DNA of 64,000 nt from Alphaproteobacteria bacterium (GTDB lineage: Bacteria; Pseudomonadota; Alphaproteobacteria; UBA828): assembly GCA_965221125.1 (NCBI GenBank), contig CBDCRW010000002.1, positions 146,749 through 210,748 on the forward strand, in the 5' to 3' direction. Every line of letters starts with the position of its first letter. Positions within the stretch are counted from its first letter, which is position 1. Below are positions 22,183-36,484 of this stretch, piece by piece. Made by a program: the position numbers and the translations under genes. The notes beneath the pieces are model-generated. The model ran no database searches and had not been told where the DNA came from. It saw only the letters and a program-made list of their open reading frames with translations.

Positions 22183-22551
22183 CTACAGCACCTCGGGCGC
22201 GAGTGAGATGATCTTCATGTACTGGCGCTGCCGGAGCTCGCGGGTCACCGGCCCGAAGATGCGGGTCCCGATCGGCTCTCCCTGCGCGGTGATGAGCACG
22301 GCGGCGTTGCGGTCGAAGCGGATCGCGCTGCCGTCCGGCCGGCGGATCTCCTTCGCGGTGCGCACGATGACGGCGCGGTGAAGCTCGCCCTTGCGCACCT
22401 TGCCGCGCGGGATCGCCTCCTTGACCGTGACGACGATGGTATCGCCCACCGAGGCGGTCTTGCGCTTGGACCCGCCCAGCACCTTCACGCATTGCACGCG
22501 CCTGGCACCGGAATTGTCGGCGACGTCCAGATTCGTCTGCATCTGAATCAT
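22183..22551 (-). CDS. rplN: 50S ribosomal protein L14
   Basis: [22 protein letters not shown]. Confidence 0.98.
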   Translation of the reverse strand: MIQMQTNLDVADNSGARRVQCVKVLGGSKRKTASVGDTIVVTVKEAIPRGKVRKGELHRAVIVRTAKEIRRPDGSAIRFDRNAAVLITAQGEPIGTRIFGPVTRELRQRQYMKIISLAPEVL

Positions 22552-22584
22552 GGGACCCGGCCTTTCCGCTGCCTGCCGTGCCGC

Positions 22585-22833
22585 TCAGCGCTGCTCGGCG
22601 CCGGCATCGTCGAGGACGATCCAGCGCTTGCGCTTGGAGATGGGGGCGCATTCGCGAATCTGCACGATGTCGCCGACCTTGTGCTTGTTGCCGTCGTCGT
22701 GCGCGGCGTAGCGCTTCGAGCGGCGCACGACCTTCTTGTAGAGCGGGTGCATGACGCGGCGGTCGATGCGCACGATGACGGTCTTGTCCGCCTTGTCGCC
22801 GACCACGGTGCCTCGCATTACGCGGCGCGGCAT
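22585..22833 (-). CDS. rpsQ: 30S ribosomal protein S17
   Basis: HPLYKK, AHD, PISK.K.W. Confidence 0.96.
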   Translation of the reverse strand: MPRRVMRGTVVGDKADKTVIVRIDRRVMHPLYKKVVRRSKRYAAHDDGNKHKVGDIVQIRECAPISKRKRWIVLDDAGAEQR

Positions 22834-22864
22834 GTCAGCCCTCCTTCACCCATCGCTCTCACCC

Positions 22865-23071
22865 TCAGGCCTCGCCGCCGGCAGCGCTCCTGCGCTCGGC
22901 GACGATCGTCTTGATGCGGGCCACGTCGCGCCGGACGGCGCGCATGCGCGCCGTGTTCTCGAGCTGGCCCGACGCCCGCTGGAAGCGCAGGTTGAAGGCC
23001 TCCTTCTTCAACGCGAGCAGCATGGTCTGGAGCTCGTCGTCGGTCTTGAGGCGGATCTCCACGCCGTTCAT
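22865..23071 (-). CDS. rpmC: 50S ribosomal protein L29
   Basis: [21 protein letters not shown]. Confidence 0.95.
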   Translation of the reverse strand: MNGVEIRLKTDDELQTMLLALKKEAFNLRFQRASGQLENTARMRAVRRDVARIKTIVAERRSAAGGEA

Positions 23072-23493
23072 CAGGTCGCCCCCTCGCCGAGCCGGGTCAC
23101 GACCCTGGTCTGCACCCGGAACTTGGCCGAGGCGCGGCGGAAGGCCTCTTCCGCCACCGCGCGCGGCACGCCGTCGACCTCGAACATGATGCGTCCGGGC
23201 TTGACCCGCGCAACCCAGTATTCCGGCGAGCCCTTGCCCTTGCCCATCCGCACCTCGGCGGGCTTGGTCGAGACGGGCACGTCGGGGAAGACGCGGATCC
23301 AGATCTTGCCGGCGCGCTTCATGTGACGCGTGATGGTGCGCCGCCCGGCCTCGATCTCGCGTGCCGTGATGCGGCCCGGCGTGATCGCCTTCAGCCCGTA
23401 GGCGCCGAAATTGAGCTGCGTGCCACCCTTGGCCGCGCCGTGGATGCGGCCCTTGTGGGCCTTGCGGTACTTGGTGGACTTCGGCTGCTGCAT
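23071..23493 (-). CDS. rplP: 50S ribosomal protein L16
   Basis: [19 protein letters not shown]. Confidence 0.97.
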   Translation of the reverse strand: MQQPKSTKYRKAHKGRIHGAAKGGTQLNFGAYGLKAITPGRITAREIEAGRRTITRHMKRAGKIWIRVFPDVPVSTKPAEVRMGKGKGSPEYWVARVKPGRIMFEVDGVPRAVAEEAFRRASAKFRVQTRVVTRLGEGAT

Positions 23494-23514
23494 GATCCGG
23501 CTCCGATCCCGGCC

Positions 23515-24192
23515 CTAGCGCGGCGTCGCCTGCTCCATGGCGCGCTTGTCCTGCGCCATGGGGTCGTGCGCCATGATCTCGCCCTTGAACACCCAGACCT
23601 TGACGCCGCAGGTGCCGTAGGCGGTGCGCGCCGTGGCGATGCCGAAGTCGACGTCGGCCCGGAGCGTGTGCAGCGGAACCCGGCCCTCGCGATACCACTC
23701 GGTCCGCGCGATCTCGGCACCGCCGAGCCGGCCGCCGCAGTTGATGCGGATGCCCTGCGCGCCCAGCCTGATCGCCGACTGCACCGCCCGCTTCATGGCG
23801 CGGCGGAAGGCGACGCGGCGCACGAGCTGCTGGGCGATGTTCTCCGCCACCAGCTTGGCCTCGATCTCGGGCTTGCGGATCTCGACGATGTTGAGGTGGA
23901 CGTCGCTCCCCGTCATCGAGGTGATGTCGGTGCGCAGCCGCTCGATGTCCGCGCCCTTCTTGCCGATCACGACGCCGGGGCGGGCGGTGTGAATGGTGAT
24001 GCGCGCCTTCTTGGCCGGCCGCTCAATGACGATGCGCCCGATGCCCGCCTGGTTCAGCCGCTTGAACAGGAATCCCCGGATCTGCAGGTCCTCGTGCAGC
24101 AGCCGGGAGTAGTCGTCGTCGGCGTACCAGCGCGAGTCCCAGGTGCGGTTGATGCCGAGGCGCAGCCCGACGGGATTGACCTTCTGACCCAT
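23515..24192 (-). CDS. rpsC: 30S ribosomal protein S3
   Basis: [22 protein letters not shown]. Confidence 0.97.
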   Translation of the reverse strand: MGQKVNPVGLRLGINRTWDSRWYADDDYSRLLHEDLQIRGFLFKRLNQAGIGRIVIERPAKKARITIHTARPGVVIGKKGADIERLRTDITSMTGSDVHLNIVEIRKPEIEAKLVAENIAQQLVRRVAFRRAMKRAVQSAIRLGAQGIRINCGGRLGGAEIARTEWYREGRVPLHTLRADVDFGIATARTAYGTCGVKVWVFKGEIMAHDPMAQDKRAMEQATPR

Positions 24193-24572
24193 CAGGCCCC
24201 CTTCGCGCGTTCGCGCACCACGATGGTGAGGTGGCTGAACGGCTTCATGATGCGCCCGACCCGCCCGCGGGCTCTCGGCCGCCAGCGCTTCATCACCAGA
24301 CCCTTGCCCACCGTCGCTTCGGCGACGATGAGCCGGTCCACATCGAGCTCGTGGTTGTTCTCGGCGTTCGCGATGGCCGACTGCAGGCACTTGCGCACGT
24401 CGCCCGCGATGCGGCGGCGCGAGTTGGCGAGCGTGACAAGCGCCTCGTCCACCGGCCGCCCGCGGATGGTGGCGGTCACAAGGCCGAGCTTCTGGGGGCT
24501 GATCCGGAGGTTCCGGATCCTGGCCTGGGCTTCCGTCTCGCCCAGCTGCCGGGGTCGTGCCATCTTGCCCAT
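24192..24572 (-). CDS. rplV: 50S ribosomal protein L22
   Basis: [22 protein letters not shown]. Confidence 0.96.
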   Translation of the reverse strand: MGKMARPRQLGETEAQARIRNLRISPQKLGLVTATIRGRPVDEALVTLANSRRRIAGDVRKCLQSAIANAENNHELDVDRLIVAEATVGKGLVMKRWRPRARGRVGRIMKPFSHLTIVVRERAKGA

Positions 24573-24574
24573 GC

Positions 24575-24853
24575 TCAGACCCGCCGCGCCCGCTTGTCGC
24601 CGGCATGGCCGTGGAAGACCCGCGTCGGCGAGAACTCGCCGAACTTGTGGCCGACCATGTTCTCGTTCACCAGCACGGGCAGGAACTTGCGCCCGTTGTA
24701 GACGCCGAAGGTGAGGCCGACGAACTGCGGCAGGATCGTGGACCGCCGCGACCACGTGCGGATGATGTCCTTGCGCCCGCTCGCCCGCGCCTGCTCGGCC
24801 TTCTTGAGCAGGTAGCCGTCGACGAAGGGGCCTTTCCATACGGATCGCGCCAT
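24575..24853 (-). CDS. rpsS: 30S ribosomal protein S19
   Basis: [21 protein letters not shown]. Confidence 0.98.
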   Translation of the reverse strand: MARSVWKGPFVDGYLLKKAEQARASGRKDIIRTWSRRSTILPQFVGLTFGVYNGRKFLPVLVNENMVGHKFGEFSPTRVFHGHAGDKRARRV

Positions 24854-24868
24854 CGCTCGTCCCCCGCC

Positions 24869-25696
24869 CTACTTCTTGCCCCGACGCCGCATGATGAAGC
24901 GGTCGGTTCTCTTGTTGCTCCGCGTGCGCTTGCCCTTGGTCGGCACGCCCCAGGGGGTGACCGGATGCCGCCCGCCCGAGGACTTGCCCTCGCCGCCGCC
25001 GTGGGGATGGTCCACCGGGTTCATGGCGACGCCACGCACCGAGGGCCGGCGGCCCTTCCAGCGCATGCGGCCGGCCTTGCCCTGGTTGGTGTTCTGGTTG
25101 TCCGGGTTGGAGACCGCGCCGATGGTGGCCATGCAGCGCCCGTGCACGATGCGCTGCTCGCCCGACGGCAGCCGAAGCTGGGCATAGCCCTGGTCCTTGC
25201 CCACGAGCTGCACGTAGTTGCCGGCGGAGCGCGCGATCTGGCCGCCCTTGCCGGGCTTCATCTCGACATTGTGGATGATGGTGCCGACCGGGATGTTGCT
25301 CATCGGCATCGCGTTGCCGGGCTTGATGTCGCAGCGCTCGCCGGAGACCACCTTGTCGCCGGGCGAGACCCGTTGCGGGGCCAGGATGTAGGCCTGCTCG
25401 CCGTCCTCGTAGCGCACCAGCGCGATGAAGGCCGAGCGGTTGGGGTCGTACTCCAGCCGCTCCACCGTCGCCGGCACGTCGAACTTGCGGCGCTTGAAGT
25501 CGACCTTGCGGTAGCGGCGCTTGTGGCCCCCGCCGCGGTGGCGCACGCTGATGCGGCCGTCGTTGTTGCGCCCGCCCTTCTGGCTCAACCCCTCGGTGAG
25601 CTGCTTGACCGGCTTTCCCTTCCAGAGGTCGGAGCGGTCCACCAGCACGAGCTGGCGGCGCCCCGGCGTGGTCGGCTTGTAGTTCTTGAGTGCCAT
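24869..25696 (-). CDS. rplB: 50S ribosomal protein L2
   Basis: [22 protein letters not shown]. Confidence 0.98.
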   Translation of the reverse strand: MALKNYKPTTPGRRQLVLVDRSDLWKGKPVKQLTEGLSQKGGRNNDGRISVRHRGGGHKRRYRKVDFKRRKFDVPATVERLEYDPNRSAFIALVRYEDGEQAYILAPQRVSPGDKVVSGERCDIKPGNAMPMSNIPVGTIIHNVEMKPGKGGQIARSAGNYVQLVGKDQGYAQLRLPSGEQRIVHGRCMATIGAVSNPDNQNTNQGKAGRMRWKGRRPSVRGVAMNPVDHPHGGGEGKSSGGRHPVTPWGVPTKGKRTRSNKRTDRFIMRRRGKK

Positions 25697-25699
25697 CGC

Positions 25700-26005
25700 C
25701 TAGAGCCCGGTCATCACGTCGATGGTGTCGCCCTCGCCGAGCGAGACCGTTGCCTTCTTCCAGTCCGAGCGCTTGCCCAGCCGGCCGCGCCGGCTGCGCT
25801 TGACCTTGCCCTTGACCACGCTCGTGTTGACCTTCCTCACCTTGACCTCGAAGAGCCCTTCCACGGCCTCCTTGATCTGGGGCTTGGTCGCGTCCGTGCG
25901 CACCCTGAAGGTGACCTGGTTGTTCTCCGAGCCCTGGGTCGACTTCTCGGTCACCACGGGGCCGAGGATCGTGTCGTACCAGCGCTCCTTGGGCTCGACG
26001 CTCAT
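25700..26005 (-). CDS. rplW: 50S ribosomal protein L23
   Basis: PVVTEKS, ATKPQIK.AVE, KKA.V. Confidence 0.96.
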   Translation of the reverse strand: MSVEPKERWYDTILGPVVTEKSTQGSENNQVTFRVRTDATKPQIKEAVEGLFEVKVRKVNTSVVKGKVKRSRRGRLGKRSDWKKATVSLGEGDTIDVMTGL

Positions 26006-26622
26006 GCGAGCCTCGCTTGCAGGCTTTCCACCGCCTTGCGCGTCAGCACCAGGCGATCGCGGCGGAGGATGTCGTAGACGTTGGCGCCGAGCTGCGGGAG
26101 CACCTGGATTCCGGTGAGGTTGCGCGCCGCCTGGGCGAAGCCGGCATCGATCTCGTCGCCGTCGATCACCAGCGCCGACGACCAGCCGAGGCCCGCGAGA
26201 CGCTCGGCAAGCACGCGGGTCCTGGCCGAGCCGAGGTCGAGGGAGTCGACGATCGCGAGCTTGCCGTCGGCCTGCTTGCTGGAAAGCGCGGACTTGAGCG
26301 CGAGCTTGCGGACCTTCTTCGGCAGCTTGTGGGCGTGGTCGCGCAGCACCGGGCCGAACTGGGCCACGCCGCCCCGGTGGTGCGGCGCCCGGCGCGAGCC
26401 CGCGCGGGCGCGGCCCGTGCCCTTCTGCTTGAAGGGCTTGCGCGTGGACCCCCTGATCTCGGCGACCGACTTGGTCTTGTGCGTGCCCGCGCGGCGCTTG
26501 GCGAGCTGCCAGCGCACGGTGCGGTGCATCAGGTCGGGCCGCACGTCGACGCCGAACACCTCGTCGGCAAGGTCGATCTTGCCGACCTTCTTCGCGTCGA
26601 AGTCGATGACGTCGACCTTCAC
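26002..26622 (-). CDS. rplD: 50S ribosomal protein L4
   Basis: [17 protein letters not shown]. Confidence 0.97.
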   Translation of the reverse strand: MKVDVIDFDAKKVGKIDLADEVFGVDVRPDLMHRTVRWQLAKRRAGTHKTKSVAEIRGSTRKPFKQKGTGRARAGSRRAPHHRGGVAQFGPVLRDHAHKLPKKVRKLALKSALSSKQADGKLAIVDSLDLGSARTRVLAERLAGLGWSSALVIDGDEIDAGFAQAARNLTGIQVLPQLGANVYDILRRDRLVLTRKAVESLQARLA

Positions 26623-27452
26623 GAGGACTCCTCCTCGCCGCTCTCCGCAGCGTCCTCTGCTTCGGGTGCGGCCTCCTCGGCCTCCGCCTCCGCTTCAGGC
26701 GCAGCGTCCTCTTCGGCCTCGGGCTCTGGCTCTTCGGCCGGCTCCGGCTCCGGCTCGGCCATCAGCCCGGCCGGAAACGGAACGTCGTCCGGCAGGCTGC
26801 GCTTCTTCGCGTCCGAGAGCAGCACGACGCCGCCCTTGGGGCCGGGCACGCCGCCCTTCACCATGATGAGCCCGCGCGCGGCGTCCGTCGCCACGACCTC
26901 GAGGTTCTGCACGGTCGCCCGCGCGTTCCCCAATTGGCCGGCCATCTTCTTGCCCTTGAACACCTTGCCGGGGTCCTGGCACTGGCCGGTCGAGCCGTGG
27001 GAGCGATGCGAGACGGAAACGCCGTGGCTCGCACGCAGACCCGCAAAGTTGTGCCGCTTCATGCCCCCGGCGAAGCCCTTGCCGATGGACGTGCCGACCG
27101 CATCGACGAACTGGCCCGTGGCGAAGTGGTCAGCGCCGAGCGTGGCGCCCACGTCCACCAGTGCATCCTCGCTCACGCGGAACTCGAACAGATGGCGCTT
27201 GGGCTCGATCCGCACCTTCGCGTAGTGGCCGCGCACGGCACGCGTCGTGTTCTTCACCTTCACGCCGCCGGCGCCGAGCTGGAGCGCCGTGTAGCCGCCC
27301 TGATTCTGCGTCCGCTGGCCGATGACCTGGCAGTTGTCGACGCGCAGCACGGTCACCGGCACGTGCTCGCCGGCATCGTTGAAGACGCGCGACATGCCGA
27401 GCTTCTCGGTGATCACGCCCGTGCGCCTGCGCTCTGCGGCCTGGCCCGCCAT
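26619..27452 (-). CDS. rplC: 50S ribosomal protein L3 with acidic C-terminal tail
   Basis: [27 protein letters not shown]. Confidence 0.97.
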   Translation of the reverse strand: MAGQAAERRRTGVITEKLGMSRVFNDAGEHVPVTVLRVDNCQVIGQRTQNQGGYTALQLGAGGVKVKNTTRAVRGHYAKVRIEPKRHLFEFRVSEDALVDVGATLGADHFATGQFVDAVGTSIGKGFAGGMKRHNFAGLRASHGVSVSHRSHGSTGQCQDPGKVFKGKKMAGQLGNARATVQNLEVVATDAARGLIMVKGGVPGPKGGVVLLSDAKKRSLPDDVPFPAGLMAEPEPEPAEEPEPEAEEDAAPEAEAEAEEAAPEAEDAAESGEEESS

Positions 27453-27461
27453 GACGCCCTC

Positions 27462-27776
<315 letters not shown>

Positions 27777-27812
27777 TGTGGCTTCCCGGCCCCTTCCCCT
27801 GCGCGCTCTGGT

Positions 27813-29003
<1,191 letters not shown>

Positions 29004-29041
29004 CGGTGCTCTCTCAGGGGGTTCTTGTCGCGGCTGCGCGT

Positions 29042-31117
<2,076 letters not shown>

Positions 31118-31147
31118 GATCTTCTTCTTGTCCGCGGACGCCTTCGC

Positions 31148-31618
31148 CTACCAGCGGTAGTGCGAAAAGGCCCGGTTGGCCTCGGCCATGCGGTGGGTAT
31201 CTTCCCGCTTCTTGACGGCAACGCCGCGGTTTGCCGCGGCGTCGAGGAGTTCGTTGCTGAGACGGTCGACCATCGTGGTCTCGGAGCGGTCCCGTGTCGC
31301 GCCGATGAGCCAGCGGATCGCCAGCGTCTGGCGGCGGTCGGGCCGGACCTCGGTCGGCACCTGGTAGGTGGCGCCGCCGACGCGGCGCGAGCGCACCTCC
31401 ACCGCCGGTTTCACGTTGTCCAGCGCCTCGTGGAACACCCGGACGGGATCCTGCCCGGTCTTGTCCCGGATGCGGTCGAGTGCGCCGTAGACGATGCGCT
31501 CGGCCGTCGACTTCTTGCCGTCGAGCATCAGCGAGTTCATGAACTTCGCCAGCACCATATCCCCGTGGCGGGGATCGGGGTTGATGGTTCGACGCTCTGC
31601 AGCGCGACGGCGAGACAC
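31148..31618 (-). CDS. rpsG: 30S ribosomal protein S7
   Basis: [21 protein letters not shown]. Confidence 0.98.
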   Translation of the reverse strand: MSRRRAAERRTINPDPRHGDMVLAKFMNSLMLDGKKSTAERIVYGALDRIRDKTGQDPVRVFHEALDNVKPAVEVRSRRVGGATYQVPTEVRPDRRQTLAIRWLIGATRDRSETTMVDRLSNELLDAAANRGVAVKKREDTHRMAEANRAFSHYRW

Positions 31619-31639
31619 CGGCCAGCTCCCTCTCTTGCT

Positions 31640-32011
31640 CTATTTGGGGCGCTTGGCGCCGTACTTGGAGCGCCGCTGGCGGCGGTCCTGGATGCCCTGC
31701 GTGTCGAGCGAGCCGCGAATGATGTGATAGCGCACGCCCGGCAGATCCTTCACCCGGCCGCCGCGGATCATGACCACCGAGTGCTCCTGAAGGTTGTGGC
31801 CCTCGCCGGGGATGTAGCTCGTCACCTCGAAGCCGTTGGTGAGGCGGACGCGCGCGACCTTGCGCAGCGCCGAGTTCGGCTTCTTCGGCGTCGTCGTGTA
31901 GACCCTGGTACAGACGCCGCGCTTCTGCGGGCAAGCCTGCAGCGCCGGCACCTTGTTGCGTGCGGCAGGCGCCGTGCGCGGCTTGCGAATCAACTGGTTG
32001 ATCGTCGGCAT
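31640..32011 (-). CDS. rpsL: 30S ribosomal protein S12
   Basis: [25 protein letters not shown]. Confidence 0.98.
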   Translation of the reverse strand: MPTINQLIRKPRTAPAARNKVPALQACPQKRGVCTRVYTTTPKKPNSALRKVARVRLTNGFEVTSYIPGEGHNLQEHSVVMIRGGRVKDLPGVRYHIIRGSLDTQGIQDRRQRRSKYGAKRPK

Positions 32012-32214
32012 CGCGGCGGTTCCATGTTCACGAGCGTGGTCAACAGCGTGTTCAACAGGCAGTGCGGCGCGTGCAGGTGGACCGGGGCAAGCGGACCCGG
32101 CCCGCTTCCCCGCCGCCGGCCTGCGCCGACACATCGGAAACTCTCTCGAACACGGGGCATGACAGCGGGCGCCCTGGCACGCGCCGAACAGCCCCGTCGG
32201 CAAGAGGGTGGCGC

Positions 32215-32243
32215 ATCCTAGTGACGCGCCTACCCACCGTCAA
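32215..32243 (-). promoter_or_regulatory. sigma70 promoter of the str operon
   Basis: minus-strand TTGACG-N17-TAGGAT about 200 bp upstream of rpsL. Confidence 0.65.
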
Positions 32244-32351
32244 GCGGCAAGAACGGCCTAATTTACGGGAATTTCCCTGAGAGAATCGCGGGCTGGCGGG
32301 GGCCCGAGCGTGTATCGTAACGCCCGAATCGGCGGGCGCGGAGAGGCGCAC

Positions 32352-33614
32352 ATGAACGTTCTGGTGGTGGGCTCGGGCGGGCGCGAGCACGCGCTCTGTT
32401 GGCAGCTTGCAGCGTCGCCGCTGCTGGAGACGCTCTGGTGCGCGCCGGGGAACGCCGGGATCGAGGGCGAGGCGCGTTGCGTCGCGCTCGACCCCATGGA
32501 TTTCGCGCGCGTGGTCGCCTTCTGCCGCGAACACGCGATCGATTTCGTCGTCGTGGGGCCGGAAGCGCCGTTGTGTGCGGGCCTCGTCGACCGGCTCGAG
32601 GCGGAGGGCATCGCGGCCTTCGGCCCGCGCAGGGCCGCCGCGCGGATCGAGGGCTCCAAGGGCTTCATGAAGGACCTGTGCGCCCGCCACGGCGTGCCGA
32701 CCGCCGCCTACCGGCGCGCGGACTCGCTCGCGGACGCGGAAGCCTTCATCGCCGCACACGGCGCGCCGCTGGTGGTCAAGGCCGACGGCCTCGCCGCCGG
32801 CAAGGGCGTCGTGCTCGCGCAGACGGAGGACGAGGCCCTCGAAGCGGCGCGCGCGGCGCTGGGGGGCGCCTTCGGCGAGGCTGGCGCGGAACTCGTCATC
32901 GAGGAGATGATGGCGGGCGAGGAAGCCAGCTACTTCGCCCTGGTCGACGGCGAGACTGTGCTGCCGCTGGAGACGGCGCAGGACCACAAGGCCGTGGGCG
33001 ACGGCGATACCGGGCCCAACACCGGCGGCATGGGCGCCTATTCGCCTGCGCCCGTCATGACTCCGGCGCTCTGCGAGGAGGCGCGGACGCGGATCGTCGA
33101 GCCGCTGGTGCGCGCCCTGGCGGAGGAGGGCGCGCCCTATACCGGCGTCTTCTACGCCGGGCTGATGCTGACCGCCGACGGGCCGAAGCTGCTCGAGGTC
33201 AACGCCCGCTTCGGCGACCCCGAGTGCCAGGTCCTCGTGCCCCGGCTCCGGTCCGACCTGCTGGCGGCGCTGGTGGCGGCGCACGACGGCGAGCTCAGGG
33301 ACTTCGACCTGCGCTGGCGCGACGAGGCCGCGCTCTGCGTCGTGCTGGCGACCGAGGGCTATCCCGGCGCCTACGAGAAGGGCAGCGCGATCCGCGGGAT
33401 CGACGCGGCCGAGGCCCTGGGCGACGTCACCGTGTTCCATGCCGGCACGGCGCTGGGCGAGGAGGGCATCGTGGCCGCAGGCGGGCGCGTGCTCGGCGTG
33501 ACCGCGCTGGGTGCCGACGTCGCCGCAGCCCAGCGACGCGCCTACGACGCCGTGGATCGCATCGACTGGCCGGAGGGCTTTTGGCGCCGCGACATCGGCT
33601 GGCGGGCGGTCTAA
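32352..33614 (+). CDS. purD: phosphoribosylamine--glycine ligase
   Basis: [34 protein letters not shown]. Confidence 0.98.
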   Translation: MNVLVVGSGGREHALCWQLAASPLLETLWCAPGNAGIEGEARCVALDPMDFARVVAFCREHAIDFVVVGPEAPLCAGLVDRLEAEGIAAFGPRRAAARIEGSKGFMKDLCARHGVPTAAYRRADSLADAEAFIAAHGAPLVVKADGLAAGKGVVLAQTEDEALEAARAALGGAFGEAGAELVIEEMMAGEEASYFALVDGETVLPLETAQDHKAVGDGDTGPNTGGMGAYSPAPVMTPALCEEARTRIVEPLVRALAEEGAPYTGVFYAGLMLTADGPKLLEVNARFGDPECQVLVPRLRSDLLAALVAAHDGELRDFDLRWRDEAALCVVLATEGYPGAYEKGSAIRGIDAAEALGDVTVFHAGTALGEEGIVAAGGRVLGVTALGADVAAAQRRAYDAVDRIDWPEGFWRRDIGWRAV

Positions 33615-33618
33615 ACCC

Positions 33619-33767
33619 TGGAGCGTTTCCGTTTTGCACGGCAACGCTCCAGGCCTTTATCCCTCGCGGCAGCCGGTCTTCGACCGGCGCCTCCGCGAGG
33701 GCGCCGCATACGCGGCGGGCCGCTGTCGCGGCCTGTCGCGCGTCCGTCAAAGTCGGACGCGCTCCAA
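33619..33767 (+). repeat. dispersed two-hairpin intergenic repeat (RIME-like), family A copy 2
   Basis: matches the reverse complement of 2329-2504; the hairpins GGAGCGTT.CCG..CGG.AACGCTCC and GCGCGTCCG..CGGACGCGC flank the core. Confidence 0.85.
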
Positions 33768-33773
33768 CCCCTG

Positions 33774-33802
33774 CTTGGCGAACGTGGGCGCGGCCCTATA
33801 AT
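33774..33802 (+). promoter_or_regulatory. promoter for bpt (sigma70- or RpoH-like), probably leaderless
   Basis: TTGGCG-N16-TATAAT with the ATG 7 nt downstream; also reads CTTG-N17-CCTATA. Confidence 0.5.
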
Positions 33803-33809
33803 CCCAGCG

Positions 33810-34640
33810 ATGACCAACGAGATACGCCCGATTCAGAGCCGGGACCCGGCGCGGCCAGGCGTGCCGCGTGCCGGCGGGCTGAGCTTCCTGGGCGTGACCC
33901 CGCTCCGCCCCTGCCCGTACCTGCCGGGACGGCGGGAGCGCTCGATCGTCACGACGCTCACCGGCCCGCAGGCGGACACCGACTACGACGCGATGCTGCG
34001 CGCGGGCTTCCGCCGCAGCCACCTCGCGGCCTACCGGCCGGCCTGCCCCGGCTGCCGGGCCTGCGTCTCGGCGCGGGTCCGGGTCGGTGCGTTCGTGCCG
34101 AGCCGCTCGCTGAAGCGCGTCGGCGCGCGCAACGAGGGTGTCGCGCTGCGGGTGATGCCGGCGCTGGCCCGGCCCGATCACTACGCGCTCTTCCAGCGCT
34201 ACCTGGCGGCGCGGCACGCGGACGGCGCGATGGCGGGAATGGGGCGCGAGGGCTACGGCGCCCTCGTCGAGGAAAGCGCCGTCGAGACCCGGCTCGCCGA
34301 GTTCCGCAGCCCGGACGGGCGCCTCTACGGCGTCTGCGTGTTCGACGTCGTTGCCGACGGGCTCTCGGCGGTCTATTCGTTCTACGAGCCTTTGCGGGTC
34401 AAGGACAGCCCGGGCAGCTACATGATCCTGCGCCTCCTGGGCGAGGCGCGGTCGCGGGGCCTGCCCTACCTCTATCTCGGCTACTGGATCGACGGCTGCG
34501 ACAAGATGGACTACAAGGCGCGCTTTCGACCGCTCGAGGTGCACGGCACGGGCGGCTGGACGCTGCTGGACGCGCGGGAAGGCGGCCGAGACGTCTCGAA
34601 TCACCGACTGCAACCACGCAAGGGAGACCCAAGGAAATGA
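33810..34640 (+). CDS. bpt: Asp/Glu leucyltransferase (ATE-like arginyl-tRNA-protein transferase family)
   Basis: CPYLPGR.ER, GFRRSH..YRP.C..C..C, GLSAVYSFY, YLYLGYWI, KM.YK. Confidence 0.9.
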   Translation: MTNEIRPIQSRDPARPGVPRAGGLSFLGVTPLRPCPYLPGRRERSIVTTLTGPQADTDYDAMLRAGFRRSHLAAYRPACPGCRACVSARVRVGAFVPSRSLKRVGARNEGVALRVMPALARPDHYALFQRYLAARHADGAMAGMGREGYGALVEESAVETRLAEFRSPDGRLYGVCVFDVVADGLSAVYSFYEPLRVKDSPGSYMILRLLGEARSRGLPYLYLGYWIDGCDKMDYKARFRPLEVHGTGGWTLLDAREGGRDVSNHRLQPRKGDPRK

Positions 34641-35743
34641 GCACGAAGATCGGAAGACGCAGCCTCCTCAAGGGAACGGCCGTCGCAGGAGCCGCCGTGG
34701 CGGCCGCCGCGGCATCGAGCTTCCCCGCGCCCGCGATCTCGCAGGGCAAGATGGAGCTCAAGCTGGCGACCTCCTGGCCGAAGCAGTTCCCCGGCCTCGG
34801 CACCGGCGCGCAGCGGCTCGCCGACCGCATCACCGACGCGACCGAGGGCCGCATCACGGTCAAGCATTACGGCGGCGGCGAGCTGGTGCCGCCTCTCGGC
34901 TGCTTCGATGCGGTCTCGGAGGGTGCTGCGGACATGTACCACTCCGCCGAGTACTACTGGCAGGGCAAGTCCAAGGCCTTCAACTTCTTCGCCACCGTGC
35001 CCTTCGGGCTCACGGCAGACGAGGTCAACGCCTGGATTTACCACGCAGGCGGACAGGAGCTCTGGGACGAGCTCTCGGCCGACTTCAACGTGAAGCCCTT
35101 CCTCGCCGGCAACACCGGTGTCCAGTGGGGCGGGTGGTTCAACAAGGAGATGAACACGCTCGAGGACTACAAGGGCCTGAAGATGCGCATGCCGGGCCTC
35201 GGCGGCGAGGTGCTGCGCCGCATCGGCGCCAACGCCCTGCTGCTGCCGGGCGGCGAGATCTATCCCGCGCTCGAGGCCGGCACCATCGACGCCACCGAAT
35301 GGGTGGGGCCGTGGAACGACCTCGCCTTCGGCTTCTACAAGGTGACCAAGTACTACTACTGGCCCGGCTTCCACGAGCCCGGCACGGTCCTGACCTGCGG
35401 CGTCAACCGTGGCGTGTGGGAGGGACTCAGCGCCGCGGACCAGAGCCTGATCGAGAGCTGCTGCGCGGCGGACAACGCCGCCATGCTGGCCGAGTTCAAC
35501 GCGCGTAACGCCGGGGCGCTGGACACGCTCATCAACGAGCACGGCGTCCAGGTTCGCCGCGTGTCGGACGAGATGCTGAAGGCGCTCGGAGAGAATTCGG
35601 CCGACGTGGTCGCCGAGGTCGGCGCCGAGGGCGGCATCACGCAGCGCGTCTACGACAGCTTCAGCGCCTTCCGCAAGACCGCGGTGCCCTACCACGAGCG
35701 CTCGGAGCTGGCTTACGGCAACGCCCGGCTTCTGACCGCATAG
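34637..35743 (+). CDS. TRAP transporter substrate-binding protein (TakP/DctP type, Tat signal)
   Basis: GRRSLLK twin-arginine signal, YYW.GK, GNTG.Q.GGWF, KMRMPGLGG, EWVGP. Confidence 0.92.
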   Translation: MSTKIGRRSLLKGTAVAGAAVAAAAASSFPAPAISQGKMELKLATSWPKQFPGLGTGAQRLADRITDATEGRITVKHYGGGELVPPLGCFDAVSEGAADMYHSAEYYWQGKSKAFNFFATVPFGLTADEVNAWIYHAGGQELWDELSADFNVKPFLAGNTGVQWGGWFNKEMNTLEDYKGLKMRMPGLGGEVLRRIGANALLLPGGEIYPALEAGTIDATEWVGPWNDLAFGFYKVTKYYYWPGFHEPGTVLTCGVNRGVWEGLSAADQSLIESCCAADNAAMLAEFNARNAGALDTLINEHGVQVRRVSDEMLKALGENSADVVAEVGAEGGITQRVYDSFSAFRKTAVPYHERSELAYGNARLLTA

Positions 35744-35760
35744 TACGCTGGCGAGACGTG

Positions 35761-35795
35761 CGTTCGGGGCGGGCGGTCGTTGCCCGCCCCGAACG
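35761..35795 (+). terminator. 14-bp perfect hairpin after the SBP gene (terminator or mRNA stabiliser)
   Basis: CGTTCGGGGCGGGC-N7-GCCCGCCCCGAACG. Confidence 0.6.
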
Positions 35796-35914
35796 GCGCC
35801 GCCGCAACGGAAATAGCCCGGCGCCGCCACAGGGCGCCGGAGAGGCGGGCATGAGGGCCGCCGCCGCGCTTGAGCGCTGGCCGCCTGAAAGGAGCGCCGG
35901 CCGGCTGAAATGAG

Positions 35915-36478
35915 ATGCAGGCGTCTCTCTCCGCATTAGCCGCGCTCACACGCGCAATCGACGTGGTCAACGAGCACGTCGGGCGCGTCGCCTCGTGGCT
36001 CGCGCTGCTCATGGTGCTCCTCCAGTTCGTCGTCGTGGTGATGCGCTACATCTTCGGCGCGGGCTTCATCGCGATGCAGGAGGGGGTGATCTACCTCCAC
36101 GCCACCCTCTTCCTCGTGGGTGCGGGCTACACGCTGCTGCACGGCGGCCACGTCCGCGTCGACATCTTCTACCGGGATGCGCGCCCGCGCCTGCGCGCCT
36201 TCATCGATCTCATGGGCGTGATTCTCTTTCTGATGCCGGTCTGCGTGATCATCGGCTGGGCGAGCTGGCCCTATGTGGAGCAGTCCTGGTCAGTGTTCGA
36301 AAGCTCGGCGGAAACCAGCGGCATACCGGCGATCTACACGCTCAAGTCGATGATCCTCGCGTTCGTGGTGCTCATCGCCCTCCAGGGCCTTTCGCTCGCG
36401 CTCCACGCGGTCCTCACGCTGGCCGGCCGCCAGAGGCGCCACGACGCCATCGCCGATCCCGGCGGCGGGACCGCCTGA
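35915..36478 (+). CDS. TRAP small permease DctQ
   Basis: 4 hydrophobic segments, HVRVDI motif. Confidence 0.9.
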   Translation: MQASLSALAALTRAIDVVNEHVGRVASWLALLMVLLQFVVVVMRYIFGAGFIAMQEGVIYLHATLFLVGAGYTLLHGGHVRVDIFYRDARPRLRAFIDLMGVILFLMPVCVIIGWASWPYVEQSWSVFESSAETSGIPAIYTLKSMILAFVVLIALQGLSLALHAVLTLAGRQRRHDAIADPGGGTA

Positions 36479-36484
36479 TCCGCC

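Noticed and set aside
26619-26765. Acidic low-complexity tail of L3
   Set aside because: Such E/A/P-rich extensions are common on ribosomal proteins, and the frame is intact.
31640-32011. Streptomycin-resistance allele of rpsL
   Set aside because: PKKPNS and RVKDLP are wild type.
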